Notes: generated from the letters alone by a model not told the origin. A DNA stretch of 64,000 nucleotides from an uncultured Acidobacteriota bacterium (GCA_963770895.1 CAVYRF010000002.1:2368001-2432000); one strand, 5' to 3'; positions 21,540 through 30,419 are shown, counted from the first letter of the stretch. Translations and numbers: made by a program.

Positions 21540-22910
21540 ATGGATTTTGCCAAGCTGCTTTCCGCGCCGGTCCGGCTGCTGCTCGTCGGCGCCTGCTGCG
21601 CCCTGCCGGTCGTCGCCGCGGTGGCGCAGACCGCGCCGCCGGCGTCGGCGGCGGCCCCGGCCGGCAAGCAGGCCCTGGCGGCGGTCGCGGTGGCGGGGCC
21701 CGACGAACCGATCACGTTCCGGGCGTTCCTGGCCGAGGTGGCGGCTTCCAACCTGGACTACGCCGCCGCGCGCTACAACGTTTCGATCGCCCAGGCGCAG
21801 GTGCTGGCGGCGCAGGTTTCGCCCAACCCGTCGGTGACCGCCGGCAGGTCGGGGCAGGACGTCACCGACCAGGGCGACCAGCGGGAGCCGGCCAACAACG
21901 ATCTCAGCCTGTCGCAGACCATCGAGCTGGGCGGCAAGCGCGGCAAGCGGGTGGCGGTCGCCAAGGCCAACCTGGCGCAGGCCGCCGCCACCGCCGAAGA
22001 TTTTTTCCGCACCCTGCGCGGCAACGCCGCGACCGCCTACATTGATGCCTTGACCAAGCGCCGCGAAGCCGCAGAAAAGCAGCGCTCCGCCGGCAGTCTG
22101 GACGAGCTGGTGGCGGCCAACCGCAAGCGCCTTGAGGTGGGCGACATCGGCGAGATCGACCTGACCCAATCGCGCGTCGACGCCCTGCAGGCGCGCGGCG
22201 ACTACCTCGCCGCCGAGTCCGACGCCAGGGTGGCGGTCATCGGCCTGGAGCAGCTGCTGGGCCGCAAGCGCCCGCTGGGCGTCCTGGTGCCGGCGGGCAT
22301 CCTGGACGGGCCGCCGCGCACCTTCGACCAGGACGCCCTGCTGGCAGCCGCCCTGGAGCACCGGCCCGACGTCATCGCCGCCCGCCACGCCCTCGCCTCG
22401 GCGCGTGCCAACGTCGAAGTCGCGCGGGCGATGGCCATCCCCGACGTCACCGTCGACCTCACCTACCAGGACAACGAAGCCTCGATGAACCGCGTCGCTC
22501 CGGCCCCCGCCTTTTCTTCCATCGGTCTGTCGCTGTCGCTGCCGCTGCCGATCTTCAACCGCTACCGCGGCGAGCTGGAATCGGCTCGCCAGACCGCCGA
22601 GCAGAGCGAAACCACCCTGCGCTCGACCGAGCTGGGCGCCCGGGTCGCCGTCATGCAAGCCCTGGCCCGCTACCAGCTGGCCAACGCGCGCGCCGAGCAG
22701 TACCGCGGCGGCGCCATCGACGACGCCGCCGCCGTCCTCAAGGCGAAGCTCTTCAGCTACGCCCACGGCGCCTCCACCCTGCTCGACGTCCTCAACGCCC
22801 AGACCGCCGAAAACCAGGTCCGCCTGGCCTACCTCGACGCCCTCGACGAACGCGCCAAAGCACTGGTCGGCCTGGAAGAAGCCGCCGGCATCTGGGACGT
22901 CGATTTCTAG
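21540..22910 (+). CDS. TolC/CzcC family outer membrane efflux protein
   Basis: Signal peptide; PNPS; IELGGKRGKR; RPDV; LPLPIFNRYRGE; GASTLLDVLNAQ. Confidence 0.9.
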   Translation: MDFAKLLSAPVRLLLVGACCALPVVAAVAQTAPPASAAAPAGKQALAAVAVAGPDEPITFRAFLAEVAASNLDYAAARYNVSIAQAQVLAAQVSPNPSVTAGRSGQDVTDQGDQREPANNDLSLSQTIELGGKRGKRVAVAKANLAQAAATAEDFFRTLRGNAATAYIDALTKRREAAEKQRSAGSLDELVAANRKRLEVGDIGEIDLTQSRVDALQARGDYLAAESDARVAVIGLEQLLGRKRPLGVLVPAGILDGPPRTFDQDALLAAALEHRPDVIAARHALASARANVEVARAMAIPDVTVDLTYQDNEASMNRVAPAPAFSSIGLSLSLPLPIFNRYRGELESARQTAEQSETTLRSTELGARVAVMQALARYQLANARAEQYRGGAIDDAAAVLKAKLFSYAHGASTLLDVLNAQTAENQVRLAYLDALDERAKALVGLEEAAGIWDVDF

Positions 22911-22922
22911 GGCTGGCCGCGC

Positions 22923-23768
22923 TCAGACGTGGCGGCGGAGCCAGGTCTGAGTGGCGTTCAGGGCCTGGATGAGCGCGGGGGTGGGGCCGGCGAAGGGGTG
23001 GCGGGCGCCGAAGGTGTGGTTACCGCCGGTGACCAGCAGCAGGTCGTGGGGACCGGTGGCGTGTTGGGCAAGGGTGGCGGCTTCGGCCGGCGGCACGGTT
23101 TCATCGTCGGCGCCGTGGACGATCAGCCAGGGGGCGGTGACGCGCGCGGCGGCGGCCGGGATGTTCAGGCTGGTGCCGGCGTTGCGCTCGACGTCGGCAA
23201 AGTATTGCGGGCCCAGGGCCAGCCGCTGGCCGGTGCGGGTGTTGACGACCGGCAGCTCGCCGCTGTCGCGGGCGCGGCGCTTGTCGTCGGCGCTGTAGCG
23301 CTCGACGGTCGAGATCGCGGCCCAGGTGACCAGGGCGCGGCAGCGGCTGCGCCAGGGCTCCACGGCGGCGGCCAGGACGGCGGCGGCGCCGCCGCGGCTG
23401 TGGCCCACCAGGGCAAGGCGCTCGCGGTCCACGCGGTCGGGCGCGACCTCGGTGCCGGCGGCGGCCAGCACGCGCAGCAGGTCGCCCAGCTCGGCGCTGT
23501 GGGTATTGGCCCTGAACGCCTGCGGGTCGGTCACCCGCTCGTCGCCCGGCTGCATGCCGGTGCCCGACAGGTTGAAGCGGATCGCGACAAACCCGCGCTC
23601 GGCCAGCAGCGACGCCAGCGACGGAAAGAACGCCCACTCCATGAAGCCTTTGAATCCATGGCAGATCACCACCGCCGGCCGCTGCCCCGGCGCGTCGGGC
23701 AAATCCACCAGGCCGTGCAGCACGCCGCCTTCCGGCCGCGTCAAGGTGAAAGGCTGAGGCGCGCTCAC
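22923..23768 (-). CDS. Alpha/beta hydrolase
   Basis: CHGFKGFMEW, GHSRGG nucleophile elbow, HGADDETV, GNHTFG. Confidence 0.88.
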   Translation of the reverse strand: MSAPQPFTLTRPEGGVLHGLVDLPDAPGQRPAVVICHGFKGFMEWAFFPSLASLLAERGFVAIRFNLSGTGMQPGDERVTDPQAFRANTHSAELGDLLRVLAAAGTEVAPDRVDRERLALVGHSRGGAAAVLAAAVEPWRSRCRALVTWAAISTVERYSADDKRRARDSGELPVVNTRTGQRLALGPQYFADVERNAGTSLNIPAAAARVTAPWLIVHGADDETVPPAEAATLAQHATGPHDLLLVTGGNHTFGARHPFAGPTPALIQALNATQTWLRRHV

Positions 23769-23783
23769 GGCGGTGATTTTAGA

Positions 23784-25691
23784 CTAGTGCTTCGCGTTCG
23801 CGGCGCACATGCGCGACGTCCCGAACGTCCCGAACGTCGCGGCGCGCCGGCGGGTCGCGTCGATGCCGGCCGGTGGCTTGGGAGCGAAGAAGGCGATCCA
23901 CGTGCCGGTGGCCGGATAGCCGTCGACGCCGGGCCACGTCCAGGTCACGCTGCCGTTGACGATGCTGTAACCATCGGCGGACAGCTGGCCTGTATAGACC
24001 GCCGTCATGCCCGCCGAGGTGCTGTCGGAAGTGTCCGTGCGGTGCAGCACCACCGACTGTGGCGTAAACGTCTGCACCGTCAGCTCCGCGGCGGCGCCGT
24101 TGTCCCACTCGGCTTCGTACTGGCCTTCATTCAAGATCCAGGTGCCGGAAAAAGGGCCTTCTATTTCTTTGATCTCGAACGGCAAGCCAAGGCTGCACAA
24201 TCCCGTGGAGGAGTTGCAGGTGCTCCCGGACTCCAGCGCGCAGGGTGCGACCTGGCACTTGGGGGTCGAGGTCGGTAACGTGTTCAGAATCGAGGCGACG
24301 GAGCAGATGAAGCAGTCGCTAGTCGTTTCGCATTGATCTTCCAGGGCCTCTGGAAGAACCTGGGCACAGGTCGTGAACAGCGGCCCGTCGCAGGGCGTTG
24401 CCCGGGAGCTCGGATCGAAGTAGCAACCATTTGGCACGCAGTTGGTCAGGTAGCAGCTGTCGTGCGCTGCGCAGGCCGCGTTGAGCTCGGCGCTTGGAAT
24501 GAGTAAGGACAGGTATCCATGCTGGCCGTCGCAGCTATTGCCCGGGCCGCAGTACTGGCAGCCCGGTCCCGCCGACCGCGGCGCAGACTGCGGCGCCGAA
24601 GAGCCGGCAAGGCTGCAGCCTTCCAGGGCCATGAAACGATTCATCAGCAGGTTGAAGTCCGCGCCGAAAGGATCGGTCAGTCCCTGGGCGCTGGTCTGGG
24701 TCGCCTGCTTCACCTGTTGCACCGTGAGACTCTTGGAATCACAGGAGGGCAGGCAGGCGGCCAGGGCGGAGGTATCCTGCAGCGGCGCAAAGGCCGTGTT
24801 CTGGGGATTCCTGTAGGTGCGGGTGAGCCCGGTGATCGCGTCCGTGACCTCCAGGCTCACCGCGACGTTGGTCAACCCCGCGGCAAAGACCCAGAATTGC
24901 TGGTTGACGCCGCAGCCGTCCAGCACCTTTACCACCACCTCGACGCTGCTGGCGTCGAAGAACCAGAAATAGCCGGTGTCGGACGTGATCGACACCGCCT
25001 GGCCCGCGCCGCTGCTGCCGGTCGGCGTTTCCCACAGCGCCCGCACGCTGAAGCGGTCGGCGTTCAGGCACAGCGTCGTGCCATCGCTGGGATCGCAGGC
25101 GGAAGGAGCGCCGGCGGCCCTGGCCGCGGCTCGCTCATGTTTCCATTCCCGCGGGGCGCCGGCGCCGGCGGCAGGCGCCGCGCCTGCCGGCGTCGCATCT
25201 GCTGCCGTCCGATGCGGGGCCGCGCCGCATGCAAAGGCGGTGGTGTCCTGGACGGGAGCAAAGGGGTTTCCCTGGCGATTCCTGTAGCTGACCAGCGCCC
25301 CAGTCGCCGTATCCGTCACCGTGAGCACGACTTGCACGTTGGTAAGGCCGGCGGCAAAAACCCAATAGTGTCCATTGACGCTGCATCCATCGACGACCTT
25401 GGCGACGGCTTCGACGTTGGTCGAATCGAAAAACCAGAAATACCCCGTATCGTCGGTCAGCCCGACCGCCTGGCCGCCGCCGCTGCTCGGCGCCGTGGTC
25501 GTCCAAACCGCGCTCACCCGAAACCGCGATCCGTCCAGGCACAGGTGGGTTTCATCCGCGACGCAAGGAGCCGTGGCTTGGGCACCGCCCAGGCTGGTCG
25601 CGGGGCCGGCCACACCTGCCGGTCCGAGCTCCGCGGCCACGGCACCGGACGACATCAGCACCACGCAGGCAAGAATCGACGCAATCCTCAT
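23784..25691 (-). CDS. Secreted protein: two ~110-aa repeat modules, a Cys-rich phospholipase-A2-like domain and a C-terminal beta domain
   Basis: GGAGG RBS before ATG 25691 (MRIASILACVVL, signal peptide); duplicated CL..RF.V...W...DTGYFWFFD...VE...KV.DGC.VN..WVFAAGLTNV module; YCGPG and ACAAHDSCY motifs. Confidence 0.75.
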   Translation of the reverse strand: MRIASILACVVLMSSGAVAAELGPAGVAGPATSLGGAQATAPCVADETHLCLDGSRFRVSAVWTTTAPSSGGGQAVGLTDDTGYFWFFDSTNVEAVAKVVDGCSVNGHYWVFAAGLTNVQVVLTVTDTATGALVSYRNRQGNPFAPVQDTTAFACGAAPHRTAADATPAGAAPAAGAGAPREWKHERAAARAAGAPSACDPSDGTTLCLNADRFSVRALWETPTGSSGAGQAVSITSDTGYFWFFDASSVEVVVKVLDGCGVNQQFWVFAAGLTNVAVSLEVTDAITGLTRTYRNPQNTAFAPLQDTSALAACLPSCDSKSLTVQQVKQATQTSAQGLTDPFGADFNLLMNRFMALEGCSLAGSSAPQSAPRSAGPGCQYCGPGNSCDGQHGYLSLLIPSAELNAACAAHDSCYLTNCVPNGCYFDPSSRATPCDGPLFTTCAQVLPEALEDQCETTSDCFICSVASILNTLPTSTPKCQVAPCALESGSTCNSSTGLCSLGLPFEIKEIEGPFSGTWILNEGQYEAEWDNGAAAELTVQTFTPQSVVLHRTDTSDSTSAGMTAVYTGQLSADGYSIVNGSVTWTWPGVDGYPATGTWIAFFAPKPPAGIDATRRRAATFGTFGTSRMCAANAKH

Positions 25692-25860
25692 CAAGATCCC
25701 CTCCACTCCACAGAAAGCTTCCAGCCCCAGCCAAACTGGCGCTGCGCTGCCCAGGCCAGGCTGAGAAAGTTCGGGTTGCAGCCAAATCAGCGCCGCCCAG
25801 GCAAGACTGAGCCGGAGCCTCGCCAGGGATAGACCCGCCGCCTCAGAAACAAGGTGAGTC

Positions 25861-26155
25861 GCCCGCCCGCGCCCTTTGCCGCCCCTCCCGCCCACCCCTC
25901 TCATCCCTTCATCCCTCCGCCTCTCCTTTCGCCTCGACTCCTCCGCCCCCTCGACCCTTCCACCCTTTGCCCTCCTGCGCCTCGCACCTCGCACCTCGCC
26001 GACTCCGCCCCCCTGACCCTGCCCCCCTCCCGGCCCCTCGCCTTTCGCCCATCCGCCCCTCTTACCCTTCCCGCCCCCGCTTTCCGCTCCTCCCGCTGCC
26101 GCCCTCCCTGCCCCCCGGCCCCTCCCGCCTCCTCGCACCCCACTTGTCCCGCCAC
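25861..26155. other. ~300-bp intergenic pyrimidine (C)-rich low-complexity tract
   Basis: The + strand is almost all C/T runs, with few G or A, between two divergent genes. Confidence 0.8.
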
Positions 26156-26169
26156 GGTAGACTGTGGGT

Positions 26170-27375
26170 ATGGACGGATCGACGAGCAGCAAGGTGATAG
26201 CGGCGGAGGTGCGGGGGCTCAGGGAGGGGTGCGGGCTGGTGGAGCGGAGCTGGGTCGAGTGCCTGGAGCTTCGCGGCGCCGACCGCCAGCGGTTTCTGAA
26301 TGCGTACGTGACCTGCGACGTCAAGGGGCTGAAGGCGGGGGAGGGGGTGTATGGGTTCCTGACCAATCCGCAGGGTCGGGTGCTCGCGGACCTGGAGGTG
26401 CTGGCTGCCGCGGATTGGCTTTGGGCCGTCCTGCCGGCAGGGCAGGTGCAGGCGGTGAACGAGCACCTGCGGCGGTACGTGATCGCGGATCGCGTCGAGT
26501 TTGTCCGCCGCGACCCCGCCGCAGCGGCGGCCGATGCGGCGGCGCCTTTGGTGGCGCTGACGCTGGCCGGACCGCGGGCGGACGCGGCGATGGCGGAGCT
26601 GGCGCCGGGAGTGGCGCTGCCGGTGGCGGTGTGGCATCACGTAGGTGCCACGGTGGCGGACGTCCAGGTGGTGGTGGAGCGGACCGGGCGGCTGGGGGTG
26701 CCGGCGGTGACGCTGTGGACGCCTGGCCCGGAGGCGGCGCGGCTGCGGGATGCCCTGCTGGCGTGCCAGGGCGTCTCGCCGGTGAGCCGCGAAGCGTGCG
26801 AGGTGGTCAGGGTCGAAGCGGGGATCGCCCGGTTCGGTCAGGACTTTGGGCCGCAGAACTTCCCGCAGGAGACCGGTGCCGCAGACGCGGTGAGCTACAC
26901 CAAGGGGTGCTACCTGGGGCAGGAGGTGGTGGCCCGCATCCACTACCGGGGCGGCGTGCAAAAGATGCTATGCGGCCTGCTCTTCGACGAGACCCCGCGG
27001 GGTGGGGACGCCAGTGGCGCGCCGGCCAGCCCATCGGCCAACCTGGAAGGCGGGACACCGGAACATGGCACTCCGCTGCTGTACGAGGGGCGGGAGGCGG
27101 GGCGGGTTGGCACCGCGGTGCGCTCGCCGGCTTCGGGCAGGTCGATCGGCCTTGCCATCCTGCACCGCCGCGCGGCCGAGCCGGGGACTCGCCTGGACGT
27201 GGCTGTGGCGGTCCCCGCCGGTGGCGGTGAGGTGGCAGCCGCGGCGGCCGTGACGGGCGAAGGAGCTGCGCCCGCCGCCGCTGGCGGCCAGACTGCACCC
27301 GGCGGCGAGCCACCTGCCGGCCACGGTTGGCGCGGCAGCGCCCAGGTGTGTGCGCTGCCGTTTGGCCCTGCCTGA
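26170..27375 (+). CDS. YgfZ/GcvT-family folate-binding protein
   Basis: GADRQRFLN..TCDV, LTNPQGRV, RVEAGIARFG, FPQE, VSYTKGCYLGQEVVAR. Confidence 0.9.
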   Translation: MDGSTSSKVIAAEVRGLREGCGLVERSWVECLELRGADRQRFLNAYVTCDVKGLKAGEGVYGFLTNPQGRVLADLEVLAAADWLWAVLPAGQVQAVNEHLRRYVIADRVEFVRRDPAAAAADAAAPLVALTLAGPRADAAMAELAPGVALPVAVWHHVGATVADVQVVVERTGRLGVPAVTLWTPGPEAARLRDALLACQGVSPVSREACEVVRVEAGIARFGQDFGPQNFPQETGAADAVSYTKGCYLGQEVVARIHYRGGVQKMLCGLLFDETPRGGDASGAPASPSANLEGGTPEHGTPLLYEGREAGRVGTAVRSPASGRSIGLAILHRRAAEPGTRLDVAVAVPAGGGEVAAAAAVTGEGAAPAAAGGQTAPGGEPPAGHGWRGSAQVCALPFGPA

Positions 27376-27394
27376 GACGGTTCTAGAGGACGGG

Positions 27395-27434
27395 GACAAA
27401 AACCAAGCGGCCCGCTTGCCGAGCGGACCGCTTG
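27395..27434 (-). terminator. Intrinsic terminator downstream of the iscA-like gene
   Basis: Minus strand reads CAAGCGGTCCGCT-CGGCA-AGCGGGCCGCTTG followed by GTTTTTGT. Confidence 0.75.
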
Positions 27435-27507
27435 TCAGCCTGGTGCGTGAGGCCGCGTTGGTCACCAGATTGCGCCGGATTGCTCCCGGCGGCGTGGTGG
27501 TCGCGGG

Positions 27508-27900
27508 TCAGACCGCGAACGAAGAGCCGCAGCCGCAGGTGCCGGTGGCGCGCGGATTGTTGAACTTGAAGCCCGCGCCGCTCATGCCGAGCACGTAGTC
27601 GACGGTGGTGCCTTCGAGGTACCGGGCGCTCACCGGGTCCACGAAGAGCGTGAGCCCGTGCTGCTGGTAGACGTAGTCGTTTTCCCGCGGCTCGCTCTCG
27701 AAGTCGAGCGCGTATTCAAAGCCGCTACAGCCACCGCCGCGCACCGCCACGCGCAGACCGTGGCTGGGATCGATACTCTCTTGATCGCGGGTGATCTTCA
27801 CCATATCGACCGCCTTGGCGGTCATGAGCACCGGCGTGTCCTCAAGCTCCGAGGACGGCCCAGGCGCTTCCGGCGCCGGCTGATTCTGTAGGGATTCCAT
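27508..27900 (-). CDS. iscA: HesB/IscA/ErpA A-type Fe-S carrier
   Basis: LRVAVRGGGCSGFEY, GFKFNNP, TCGCGSSF; AAGGAG RBS before ATG 27900. Confidence 0.93.
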   Translation of the reverse strand: MESLQNQPAPEAPGPSSELEDTPVLMTAKAVDMVKITRDQESIDPSHGLRVAVRGGGCSGFEYALDFESEPRENDYVYQQHGLTLFVDPVSARYLEGTTVDYVLGMSGAGFKFNNPRATGTCGCGSSFAV

Positions 27901-27927
27901 GCGGTTCTCCTTCCCTTCGCGGTTTCC

Positions 27928-27956
27928 AAGATAGCCCTCCACCCCTCCAATGTCAA
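27928..27956 (-). promoter_or_regulatory. Sigma70 promoter of the iscA-like gene
   Basis: Minus strand: TTGACA, 17 bp, TATCTT. Confidence 0.75.
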
Positions 27957-27975
27957 ACAGCTGCCGGCCTGCGAT

Positions 27976-28458
27976 TTATGCCTGCGGCGGCGGGATTGGG
28001 GTGGTGGTGACCTTTTCGCTGTTGATTCCAACCTTGACGAACTTGCCGATCGACGGCACCCGGAAGATGTACTGCGGCTCCTCGGTGGCAGGGTGCGTGA
28101 CCTGCCAGCGCACGGTCGTCGCGGTGATGTCGCCGATGTAGCCGGCCTGGTTCTTGATCGCTGCCGCACGGATGATGCCGAAACGCAGCGGCAGCGGGAT
28201 CGGATCTGACTCCAGGAAGATGTCGTGCACCAGCTGCGGAGCGGTGAATTGAAAGTTCTTGCTGTACAGGAACACGGTTTCGGCCCGCCGCGGCGGGTCC
28301 GCCGGGATGCCGTACACCAGCCGCCAGTCGTAGGTGTCCGCGCCCTGCACCCAGGGCGAGTCGGCCTCCAGAAACACCGCGCTGGGATAGGCACCTTGGA
28401 CGATGCGGGTGCCGTTGTTGAGCACCACGAAAAACGGATCGACGATCTGCTCGCTCAT
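27976..28458 (-). CDS. Hypothetical protein (160 aa, probably beta-rich, no recognised family)
   Basis: Protein-like composition, GC-ending codons and an AGGA RBS; lies directly downstream of the small peptide gene. Confidence 0.75.
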   Translation of the reverse strand: MSEQIVDPFFVVLNNGTRIVQGAYPSAVFLEADSPWVQGADTYDWRLVYGIPADPPRRAETVFLYSKNFQFTAPQLVHDIFLESDPIPLPLRFGIIRAAAIKNQAGYIGDITATTVRWQVTHPATEEPQYIFRVPSIGKFVKVGINSEKVTTTPIPPPQA

Positions 28459-28512
28459 CCTTGCCAGTTCCTTCTGCCGGCAGGGCGCCCCTCCGTGGGG
28501 ACGCCTCGCTTG

Positions 28513-28671
28513 CTAGCGTTTGGGTGCAACCGGCGGCGCGCACTCGGGGCAGGTGTAAAACGCCGGCACCGAGAAATGGCCTCCCAGGACGTTGCCCAGG
28601 CTGCCATCCTGGAGCGCGGCGATCGTTTCAGCGTGCAGCGAAAGCTTCAGGTACGAGGCGTTCTTTTTCAT
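28513..28671 (-). CDS. 52-aa RiPP-precursor-like peptide with a double-glycine leader (below the ORF-track cutoff)
   Basis: Hand translation: MKKNASYLKLSLHAETIAALQDGSLGNVLGG|HFSVPAFYTCPECAPPVAPKR*. GGGAG RBS upstream, hairpin downstream. Confidence 0.75.
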   Translation of the reverse strand: MKKNASYLKLSLHAETIAALQDGSLGNVLGGHFSVPAFYTCPECAPPVAPKR

Positions 28672-28824
28672 GAGTTGTTCTCCCTTTCAGGCTTGTCCTA
28701 CAAGAGAAGGTGTGGGCCGAACCCGAAGGCGGGACCCCGCCAAGCCGAGACCGGACCTTGCGGATGAGACGCTGGCGGGGCTGGGGGCGGCCAGGGGGCT
28801 TGGGGTTGGCGGTATGATGCGCCG

Positions 28825-29517
28825 GTGATCCGGGCGATCCTGTTTGACTTCAACGGCATCCTGGTCGACGACGAGCCCATCCATCTGGAGATGTTTCAGC
28901 GAGTGCTGGCGGAGGAGGGGATCGAGCTGACGGCCGCGGCATATTACGAGCGGTACCTGGGATTCGACGACCGGGGCTGTTTTGCGGCGGTGCTGGAAGG
29001 TGCTGGCGAGGTGCCTTCGGTGCCGCGGTTGATGCGGCTGAGCGCGCGCAAGGCGGCTTACTACCAGGAGCGCATTCGCGGCGGCGGATACCCGCTGTTT
29101 CCCGGCGCTTTCGAGCTGGTGCGGGCGGCGGCCGGCGCCGGGCTGATGCTGGGGGTGGTGAGCGGCGCGCTGCGTGAAGAGGTGGAGGGGGCCCTGCGCC
29201 AGGCGGGGGTGGCGGACTTCTTCAAGGCGCTGGTCACGGCGGACGACGTGGAGCGGGGCAAGCCCGACCCCGAAGGGTACCGGCGGGCTCTCGAAGCGCT
29301 CAACGGACTGCCGCCGCTGCCGGAACGGCTGCTGCATCCGCACGAAGTGGTGGCGATCGAGGACAGCCCCGCCGGGCTGGCGGCGGCGGCGGAGGTCGGC
29401 CTGACAACGCTGGGCATCGCCCATACCTACCCGGTGGCCACGCTCAGCAGCGCCGATGCCGTGGTCGAGAGCCTGCAGGGGCTCGATCTGGCGGGGCTTG
29501 CGGCGCTGTTCGGCTGA
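28825..29517 (+). CDS. HAD family phosphatase (beta-PGM/CbbY-like)
   Basis: LFDFNGILVDDE, VVSGA, GKPDPEGY, AIEDSPAG. Confidence 0.9.
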   Translation: MIRAILFDFNGILVDDEPIHLEMFQRVLAEEGIELTAAAYYERYLGFDDRGCFAAVLEGAGEVPSVPRLMRLSARKAAYYQERIRGGGYPLFPGAFELVRAAAGAGLMLGVVSGALREEVEGALRQAGVADFFKALVTADDVERGKPDPEGYRRALEALNGLPPLPERLLHPHEVVAIEDSPAGLAAAAEVGLTTLGIAHTYPVATLSSADAVVESLQGLDLAGLAALFG

Positions 29518-29545
29518 TCCGCCCCTCAGCTCATCGTGCAGCTCA

Positions 29546-29905
29546 TCAATTGATGGGGATGCGGCCGCCGAAGCCTTCTTCGTAGGTGTGAAAGAAGGCG
29601 ACGGTCTCTTCGGGAAAGCGCCAGCAGTAGTAGCCGTCGCCGCTGTCCCAATCCACCAGCCACAGGCCCTTGACGTGGCAGCCGACGGAGGTGATCTCCC
29701 GCGCCCAGGCGCGCACGATCTCTTCGCAGGCGGCTTCCAGCTCCTGCCGCCGGGATTCCATCTCTTCGCGGCTGGCCAGGGAGGTCATCACCGCTTCGAC
29801 GCGGCGCACCGCCGACGCCGTAAGGTCGCGGACGGCGGGAAAGGTGGCCAGCGCCTCGTCGTAGGAGAAGACGCGACCGCCCTGACGCTGGCGGGGTTCG
29901 CTCAT
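29546..29905 (-). CDS. DUF2203 family protein
   Basis: FSYDEALATFPAV, GCHVKGLWLVDW, YYCWRFPEETVAFFHTYEEGFGGRIPI. Confidence 0.8.
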   Translation of the reverse strand: MSEPRQRQGGRVFSYDEALATFPAVRDLTASAVRRVEAVMTSLASREEMESRRQELEAACEEIVRAWAREITSVGCHVKGLWLVDWDSGDGYYCWRFPEETVAFFHTYEEGFGGRIPIN

Positions 29906-29972
29906 CGCCGCCAACGATATCAGAGCGCGCCGGCGCGGGTTTTGGCGCGGTGGCAGGGGGCTTGGCGCGCGA

Positions 29973-30419
29973 TCAGAACGCTTTGCCGGTGGCGCCGGGA
30001 AACGGGATGGGCTGGTTGCCGGCGTCGACGTGCACGTAGACCACTTCTGCTTCGGTGACCTTGACCCTGCCGCTGCCGCGATTGCCGCGGGCGGCCTCGA
30101 CGCCGCGGTCCGCGGCGACCGTGACCTTGACGGTGACCGAGGTCCGGCCCAGCCGCAGGGTTTCGGTATAGAAGCTGACCAGGTCGCCGACGAAGACGGG
30201 CGCATGAAACACCACTTCGCGCATGGCGACGGTCACCAGTCGTCCGGCGCCATGGCGATGTCCCTCCACCGCCCCCGCCTGGTCGATGTAGGACAGGATG
30301 ATGCCGCCGAAGATGGTGCCCAGGGCATTGGTGTCCTTGGGCATGAGGATCACCCGGATGGCGGGCTGCAGCGGACCGCTGCCGTGCGGCGTCGGATTGG
30401 ACACGTCGGTTGCGGCCAT
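29973..30419 (-). CDS. Acyl-CoA thioesterase (hotdog fold, YciA-like)
   Basis: [40 protein letters not shown]. Confidence 0.92.
   Translation of the reverse strand: MAATDVSNPTPHGSGPLQPAIRVILMPKDTNALGTIFGGIILSYIDQAGAVEGHRHGAGRLVTVAMREVVFHAPVFVGDLVSFYTETLRLGRTSVTVKVTVAADRGVEAARGNRGSGRVKVTEAEVVYVHVDAGNQPIPFPGATGKAF

Noticed and set aside
25692-26366. N-terminal 225 aa of the 860-aa ORF
   Set aside because: This is read-through of the G-rich tract and the ygfZ antisense strand. The RBS and signal peptide place the start at 25691.
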